Source of the DNA: a candidate division WOR-3 bacterium
GTDB taxonomy: Bacteria; Hydrothermota; Hydrothermia; JBDRYB01
Direction of reading: 5' to 3'
Assembly: GCA_039803205.1 (NCBI GenBank)
Contig: JBDRYB010000004.1
Coordinates: 32,001-96,000, forward strand
DNA: 64,000 bases
Of the stretch, positions 58,627 to 64,000 are shown one piece after another; the stretch's first letter is position 1, and every line of letters begins with the position of its first letter. The notes below the pieces were generated by a model. That model ran no database searches. It was not told the DNA's origin and was given only the letters and a program-made list of their open reading frames with translations. Position numbers and translations under genes: made by a program.

Positions 58627-60525
58627 CTATTCCACCACCTTGTAATCCGTATCATGCGGACCACCATCGCCTCCTTCATCGCTGTCTTTCCCATCGTCAG
58701 AAGGGTTTCCTCCGCTGGTCGCCCCAGTGGTCTGGTATATCTTAGTTGCTATCCTGTTCCAGGCCTCTTGAAGCCTGTCAAAAGCCTTTCTGATGGCCTC
58801 AGGGTCATCTCCTCCTATCTTCTCCCGCAGCTCCTCTGAGAGCCTGTTTATCTCATCCCGCTCCTGGCTTGTCATCCTCTCCCCGAAGTCCTTCATTGAC
58901 CTCTCAACCGAGAAGAGATACCCATCTGCTTGGTTCTTCAGGTCCACTAGCTCCTTCTTGCGCTTATCCTCCTCAGCATGGCGCTCTGCTTCTTCAACGA
59001 GACGCTGAACCTCCTCGTCCGTGAGACCAGATTTTGCGTGTATCTTGATCTGGGATTCTTTGCCCGTTGCCTTCTCTCTCGCGTGGACATGCAGGATGCC
59101 GTTCGTGTCTATATCAAAGGTCACCTCTATTTGCGGGACGCCTCGCGGGGCCGGAGGGATGCCCGTAAGCTCAAACTGGCCGAGAAGTCGGTTTTCGCTA
59201 GCGATAGGCCTTTCGCCCTGATAAACCTTTATCAGGACAGATGGCTGGTTGTTCTCAGCAGTAGTATAGATCTTGGTCTTCTTCGTGGGTATGGTGGTAT
59301 TCCTCGGTATTACCACATCAAAACCACCATAAAGCACCTCAACCCCGAGGGAAAGCGGCGTCACATCAAGAAGGACGATGTCCCTGTCAGCATATTCGCC
59401 AGCTATTATGCCAGCCTGTATAGCGGCTCCAACAGCGACAACCTCATCGGGGTTTATGCCCTTGTGGGGCGTCTTGCCGAAGAAGTTCCTAACAGCCTCC
59501 TGAACCGCGGGCATCCTCGTCTGGCCGCCAACGAGGATCACCTCGTCGATCTCAGAGGGAGAAAGTCCTGCATCCTCAAGCGCCTGCCTGCATATGTTTA
59601 TTGTCCTGTCAATGAGATCCTGAACCATCGCCTCAAGCCTTGATCTGGTAAGGGAGACATCAAGGTGGTGTCTCTCGTAGAGGAAAGGTATCTTAATCGG
59701 TGTCTCCATCTTGAAGGAGAGCTCCTTCTTCGCCTTCTCCGCGGCCTCCCTTACCTGCTGGAAAGCCTGAGGGTTTCCTCGGATGTCCACCCCTGTCTGG
59801 GCCTTGAAGGTCTCCGTGAGCCAATCCGTGATCCTGAGATCGAAGTCATCGCCACCGAGATGCGTGTCTCCTGATGTGCTCTTGACCTCAAACACGCCCT
59901 CAGCTAGCTCAAGTATGGATATGTCAAATGTCCCGCCACCGAGGTCATAGACCGCAACCCGGAGGTTTTTCTCCGTCTTATCCAGGCCGTAGGCCAGAGC
60001 TGCTGCGGTTGGCTCCGGGAGGATTCGCATGACTTCAAGCCCTGCTATGGTTCCTGCATCCTTTGTTGCCTGGCGCTGGGCGTCGTTGAAGTATGCCGGA
60101 ACCGTGATAACGGCCTTGGTTATCTTCTGGCCGAGGTAGCTTTCCGCGGCCTCCTTGAGATACTTCAGGATCTTTGAGGAAATTTCCTCGGGCGTGTAGT
60201 TTCTTCCCTCAGCCGGGATGAAGATCTCAGCCCTGCCCTCCTTTCCCTCAACAACCCTATATGACAGCCTATCAACATCCTCTCTGGCCTCCGTGAACCT
60301 CTTTCCCATGAGGCGCTTTACCGAATACACCGTGTTCTGGATGTTCATGGCCGCGGAACGCTTCGCGAGGGAGCCGACCAGGGTCTCATTTCCGTCAAAG
60401 GAGACGACGGACGGGGTTATGCGTTCCCCCTCAGGGTTCGGTATGATGACGGGATCACCTCCCATCACTATCGCGACAGCAGAGTTCGTGGTTCCTAGGT
60501 CTATTCCGATTATCTTCTCCTTCAT
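58627..60525 (-). CDS. dnaK: Chaperone DnaK
   Basis: GIDLGTTNS, TVPAYFNDAQRQATKDAG, DLGGGTFD, GVPQIEVTFD. Confidence 0.98.
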   Translation of the reverse strand: MKEKIIGIDLGTTNSAVAIVMGGDPVIIPNPEGERITPSVVSFDGNETLVGSLAKRSAAMNIQNTVYSVKRLMGKRFTEAREDVDRLSYRVVEGKEGRAEIFIPAEGRNYTPEEISSKILKYLKEAAESYLGQKITKAVITVPAYFNDAQRQATKDAGTIAGLEVMRILPEPTAAALAYGLDKTEKNLRVAVYDLGGGTFDISILELAEGVFEVKSTSGDTHLGGDDFDLRITDWLTETFKAQTGVDIRGNPQAFQQVREAAEKAKKELSFKMETPIKIPFLYERHHLDVSLTRSRLEAMVQDLIDRTINICRQALEDAGLSPSEIDEVILVGGQTRMPAVQEAVRNFFGKTPHKGINPDEVVAVGAAIQAGIIAGEYADRDIVLLDVTPLSLGVEVLYGGFDVVIPRNTTIPTKKTKIYTTAENNQPSVLIKVYQGERPIASENRLLGQFELTGIPPAPRGVPQIEVTFDIDTNGILHVHAREKATGKESQIKIHAKSGLTDEEVQRLVEEAERHAEEDKRKKELVDLKNQADGYLFSVERSMKDFGERMTSQERDEINRLSEELREKIGGDDPEAIRKAFDRLQEAWNRIATKIYQTTGATSGGNPSDDGKDSDEGGDGGPHDTDYKVVE

Positions 60526-60531
60526 CTCTTC

Positions 60532-61017
60532 TCACTCCTCCATTTGCATCTCCACCACAACCCTTGCTGGCCTCAGGACACGGCCCCTTAGCTCGTAGCC
60601 GGGGGCCATTACCTCGGCAACGATGTTTGAACCATCCCCTCTCCTCGTCTCAACAACCTCCATAAAGCTTGGATCAAAAGCCTGGCCAGGACTCGGAACG
60701 ATCTTCCTGGCGCCGGCTGACTCAAGCGCTCGATCCATCTCCTCCTTTATCATTATAACGCCCTCCAGAAGGGCTTTTGGGTCTGGATTGCCTTGCGCGT
60801 ATTCCAGGGCCCTCTCCATGGAGTCAAGGGCGGGTAAGAGAGCGAGTATCACCCTCTCCGCGCCCCGTCGTTCCCGTTCCTCAGCTTGGCGCCTGGCCTC
60901 TGCTTTCAGGTTTTCCAGCTCAGCCAGGGCCCTCGCATAGGCTTCCTTATAGCGGTTTCTCTCTTCGGCCAGGCCCCGGAAAAATTCAGACAACCTTTCC
61001 CCTAATCCTTTCTTCAA
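60532..61017 (-). CDS. grpE: Nucleotide exchange factor GrpE
   Basis: AELEN, LLPALDSMERAL, FDP, GY...RVLRPARVVV; TTG start. Confidence 0.93.
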   Translation of the reverse strand: MKKGLGERLSEFFRGLAEERNRYKEAYARALAELENLKAEARRQAEERERRGAERVILALLPALDSMERALEYAQGNPDPKALLEGVIMIKEEMDRALESAGARKIVPSPGQAFDPSFMEVVETRRGDGSNIVAEVMAPGYELRGRVLRPARVVVEMQMEE

Positions 61018-61029
61018 AATCAGCTCTAA

Positions 61030-61058
61030 TTAATAACGGTTTTTGCTTGGACTGTCAA
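61030..61058 (-). promoter_or_regulatory. Sigma70-type promoter of the grpE-dnaK operon
   Basis: Minus strand TTGACA-N17-TATTAA. Confidence 0.7.
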
Positions 61059-61192
61059 GGGCCGAGTCCACTCATCTGACACATTCCATACCCCCGGATT
61101 AAAGGTCTGGCCAGGGTTTCCTTGCAATCTACGGGGGTCTCTGAGATGAAGGCTTATGTAGCCTCTCAGAAACTCTCTAACCAGGAGTCCAA

Positions 61193-61603
61193 GTTCGCTC
61201 AAAACTAAGACCTAACCCTGAGCTACCAGAGGATAATGCTCAAGCTCAGAGGGGTTCTACATGGGGAGAGATTGTGAAATTGAAGAGCACGCGAGGGAAT
61301 GCCCTCGCGTGCGTTAACCTCTACTCGTTCTTCTGGTTCATCCGGCTCCTCCCATCCTCCGTGAATGCCCAATACCTTCTCTGGGTCTTCTTGATCTTGA
61401 GCCTCTGGCGGTGGGGTCTAGCGTATCTGTTCAGCTTTGCTATGGCGTATTTCCTGGTTTTCAGCACGGTGATGGCCATATACTCGTCCACTATCCTGGA
61501 CTTCTCCTTCTTGGTGGCCCTTCTGTATCTCAGGGCCATTCGCATGCTCAGCTGATATTTGGCCCTCCCCTAGCTCAGGGTTAGGATTCTATTTTGAGCG
61601 AAC
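61193..61603 (-). mobile_element. MITE / internally deleted IS, copy 2 (411 bp)
   Basis: Reverse-complement near-identity to 40458-40886; same TIRs; 74-aa relic ORF RYRRATKKEKSRIVDEY...RKYAIAKLNR (61321-61545). Confidence 0.9.
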
Positions 61604-61701
61604 GCGCAGTTGGCAATGCCACGAAAGGATGCATTATAATCTCTCCACACTCGTAATTGAAGAGCCTGGTAAGCTGGTTCAGGCTCTTAAGGAGGTTGAT
61701 T

Positions 61702-62325
61702 ATGGAAAAGGGAAAAGCGGGAATGTTCGTTGATGTGCAGAATGTCCAGGTAACCTTTGAGAAGGCTGGGAACGAGGTCAGATATGACAAACTCCTCTCT
61801 GAGATAGCAAGGGCATGTGAAAAGGAAGGGCTTTCACTCTGGAAGGCCGTTGCTTTTGTGCCATTTGACCCCAGGGATCAGCGGAGGGAACGCCTCATCA
61901 ACGCGCTCTCCTTCATGGGTTACAGGGTAAAATCTAAGCAGGTCAAGCGCCTTCCGGATGGCTCGGTGAAAGCGAACATGGACATGGAAATAACCCTGGA
62001 GATACTATCCGCCGCGGATTATCTGGACATGATAGTAATAGTCTCCGGAGACAGCGATTTTGTTCCTCTCATTGATACCCTGAACAGGATGGGCAAAAAG
62101 ATATGGGTCATAGGCACGAAGAAGGGCGCTGTCGGAATAGAACTCATAAGGGCATCCGACAAATACGATAACATGGATGACATGGAGGGCGTGATAATTC
62201 CTTTCAGCGTTTCCTCAACCAAGTGGGAGGAGGATTTCTTCACGGTTTCCGGAGGCGTTGAGGAGTTCAAGGAGGGATGGCCAGAGGAAGAGCCGGATAT
62301 TGGTCAACCTGAGGAAGAGGAATAA
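61702..62325 (+). CDS. NYN domain (LabA/DUF88) protein
   Basis: FVDVQN, KANMD, VSGDSDFVPL; SD AAGGAGG before ATG 61702; acidic tail. Confidence 0.92.
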   Translation: MEKGKAGMFVDVQNVQVTFEKAGNEVRYDKLLSEIARACEKEGLSLWKAVAFVPFDPRDQRRERLINALSFMGYRVKSKQVKRLPDGSVKANMDMEITLEILSAADYLDMIVIVSGDSDFVPLIDTLNRMGKKIWVIGTKKGAVGIELIRASDKYDNMDDMEGVIIPFSVSSTKWEEDFFTVSGGVEEFKEGWPEEEPDIGQPEEEE

Positions 62326-62338
62326 TTAAGCCCAGAAT

Positions 62339-63388
62339 TTGGAAACATCTCTCTCGCTTTATGACTTTGCACTGCCGCCCGAGAGGATAGCTCAGTATCC
62401 CTCCCAGAGGGGGAGGTCAAGGCTATTTGTCATACAGAGAGATGGCTCGTTCCTGCACGGAAGCTTCTCGGACATCCCGGATTACTTTGAGCCAGGCGAT
62501 GTCCTCATCGTAAACGATACGAGGGTTCTAAGAGCGAGACTCCTCGGCAAAACCCCTTCAGGGGGCAGAGTTGAGATATTGTTCACGAAGGCTAATGAAG
62601 CTAAAAGGTTCAGGGCGATCGTCAGGCCGGGGAAGAGGTTCAAGCCGGGCACGAGGATAGCGGTTGAGGATGAGGTCCTTGTTGTTCTATCAAGGGATGG
62701 CCGGTTGGCTGAGCTGGAGATTGAGAGCGGCAATGATGTCATTATGCTCCTTGAGAAGCACGGCCGTGTTCCGCTTCCTCCATACATAAAGAGGCCTCCG
62801 GAGCCTGACGACGAGAAGCGCTACCAGACGGTCTTTGCCAGAGAACCCGGCTCCGTTGCCGCGCCCACAGCAGGACTGCACTTTACCGAGGAAATCCTTG
62901 AGGGAATAAGGGCAAAGGGAACCAAGATAGCCAACATAACCCTTCATGTTGGACCCGGAACCTTTAATCCGATAGAGGCTTTGGACCTTAAGGAGCACAA
63001 CATGGAGGCCGAATACTACACCATCCCAAAGGAGACCGCGGAGGCGATCCGAGAAGCCAAATCAAAAGGTAGGAGGGTTTTCGTGTGCGGCACGAGCTCG
63101 GCGAGGGCCACCGAAACCTGGGCTATGGGCCGGGGGCCTCTGGCTGGTTGGACAGACCTGTTCATTTATCCGGGCCACGAATTTAGCGTTCCATCCGCCC
63201 TCATAACCAACCTTCACCTGCCCAAAAGCACCCCCCTCGCGCTTGTCGCGGCCTTCTGCGGTAGGGAGCTCATCCTTGAGGCATACAAAGAGGCATTGAA
63301 AATGGGCTACATGTTCGGCTCGTATGGGGATGCAATGCTGGTTCTGTATCGTGTGGCCCCTGGGGAAAACAGGCTTCTGGAGTTTTAG
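62339..63388 (+). CDS. queA: S-adenosylmethionine:tRNA ribosyltransferase-isomerase
   Basis: IAQYP, NDTRV, PLPPYI, YQTVFA..PGSVAAPTAGLHF, TLHVGPGTF, SYGDAM. Confidence 0.97.
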   Translation: METSLSLYDFALPPERIAQYPSQRGRSRLFVIQRDGSFLHGSFSDIPDYFEPGDVLIVNDTRVLRARLLGKTPSGGRVEILFTKANEAKRFRAIVRPGKRFKPGTRIAVEDEVLVVLSRDGRLAELEIESGNDVIMLLEKHGRVPLPPYIKRPPEPDDEKRYQTVFAREPGSVAAPTAGLHFTEEILEGIRAKGTKIANITLHVGPGTFNPIEALDLKEHNMEAEYYTIPKETAEAIREAKSKGRRVFVCGTSSARATETWAMGRGPLAGWTDLFIYPGHEFSVPSALITNLHLPKSTPLALVAAFCGRELILEAYKEALKMGYMFGSYGDAMLVLYRVAPGENRLLEF

Positions 63389-63397
63389 CCCCCCGCA

Positions 63398-63760
63398 GTG
63401 TTTCAAAATTCCAGATCACCGAACCAAGGGTCCACAGGGTTAAGGCGTTGTCTGAGCTCCAGCTCCTTAGCTGTCTCCTCGGGGAGATATGGTAAGAGCC
63501 TCTTTGGGGGCCTCTGAGGCTGGCCATATACGCTCCTCGGCCTGCCGCTTTCTGTTCTCACCTTGAGTATGCTACGCCTCGTTGAGGTGAAGAGGTTTAG
63601 AAGCGGCTCGTGGTGGCCTGGTTCACCATCCCTCCCTGTGGCTATGGAATAGGGTATCCTGGCTCTCAGGGGCCTCTAGGCTGATGAGTTTCTCTTCACG
63701 AGGGACTATAACCCATGCCTATCTGAGGGTCGTATTCGGCGATCACATTTTTGGAGCTAA
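63398..63760 (-). mobile_element. Decayed IS relic carrying a transposase C-terminal fragment
   Basis: Minus frame LNLFTSTRRSILKVR...YGQPQRPPKRLL...LNPVD...FGDLEF; imperfect IRs with core TTCGGYGATC at both ends. Confidence 0.5.
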
Positions 63761-63804
63761 ACGCCGGTTTTTAACCAGCAACCATGAGCCAATATAATTT
63801 GAAG

Positions 63805-64000
63805 GTGATCCGTGGCGCTTTTCACCTGCACTCGTCCCTCTCCTCCGATGGGCAAGGGGATTTTAGGGATTGGGCACTTTGGGCACGAGAGCGCGGGCTT
63901 TCCTTCCTTATTTTCACCGAGCATGAGCCTGATGTAACCGAGGCACAGCTTGCCGGGATGCCTGATGAGGTAGCAGGCGTAAGGCTATTTTGGTTCTTTG
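63805..64000 (+). CDS. PHP-domain protein (3' truncated by window edge)
   Basis: GAFHLHSSLSSDG...FLIFTEH; GTG 6 nt after TATAAT (in-frame ATG 63784 alternative). Confidence 0.8.
   Translation, partial: MIRGAFHLHSSLSSDGQGDFRDWALWARERGLSFLIFTEHEPDVTEAQLAGMPDEVAGVRLFWFF

Noticed and set aside
61018..61190. CIRCE or HAIR heat-shock operator upstream of grpE
   Set aside because: No TTAGCACTC-N9-GAGTGCTAA or CTTGAGT-N7-ACTCAAG match seen, and no hrcA in the window.
61274..61555. Hydrophobic 93-aa ORF (and 40477-40698) as a membrane toxin
   Set aside because: Antisense to the transposase relic inside the MITE, and the reading frames differ between the two copies.
63681..63705. CTGATGAG resembling a hammerhead ribozyme core
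   Set aside because: No stem II followed by GAAA; the region is better explained as an IS relic.
1..64000. tRNA, rRNA, tmRNA, selenoprotein or recoded-stop genes
   Set aside because: None recognised by eye; genes end at expected lengths under code 11. An Infernal/tRNAscan-SE run would be needed to exclude small RNAs.

Overview
Gene-dense chromosomal window from a probably anaerobic/thermophilic diderm bacterium. WOR-3/FCB-like affinity is inferred from LpxH, outer-membrane barrels and many T9SS-type C-terminal sorting domains; this is not verified. Housekeeping blocks are thrS/infC, rpmA-lipoprotein-nuoABCDEF-S1 domain protein-speD, grpE-dnaK-dnaJ-HIT-rpsU-mutS2-dnaG-rpoD, uvrC, csp and queA. 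Also present are ADP-forming acetate-CoA ligase, sppA, a ferritin-like/flavin reductase-rubredoxin/Fe-S oxidoreductase cluster, an ECF sigma/anti-sigma pair, two GT4 glycosyltransferases and a DUF2723/TMEM260-like GT-C protein. Nine predicted secreted proteins end in a T9SS-like CTD, most with very short N-terminal hydrophobic leaders. Non-coding highlights: (i) a (CA)8 tract filling the -35/-10 spacer of a promoter for an orphan Cys-rich lipoprotein (candidate phase-variable switch); (ii) two copies of a 411/429-bp MITE plus two further TIR-bounded IS relics, several ending 31-33 bp upstream of TATAAT boxes; (iii) widespread leaderless-type promoter/start architecture, including a probable CTG start for uvrC. 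I saw no rRNA, tRNA or CRISPR array. All calls come from reading motifs by eye; no database searches were run.
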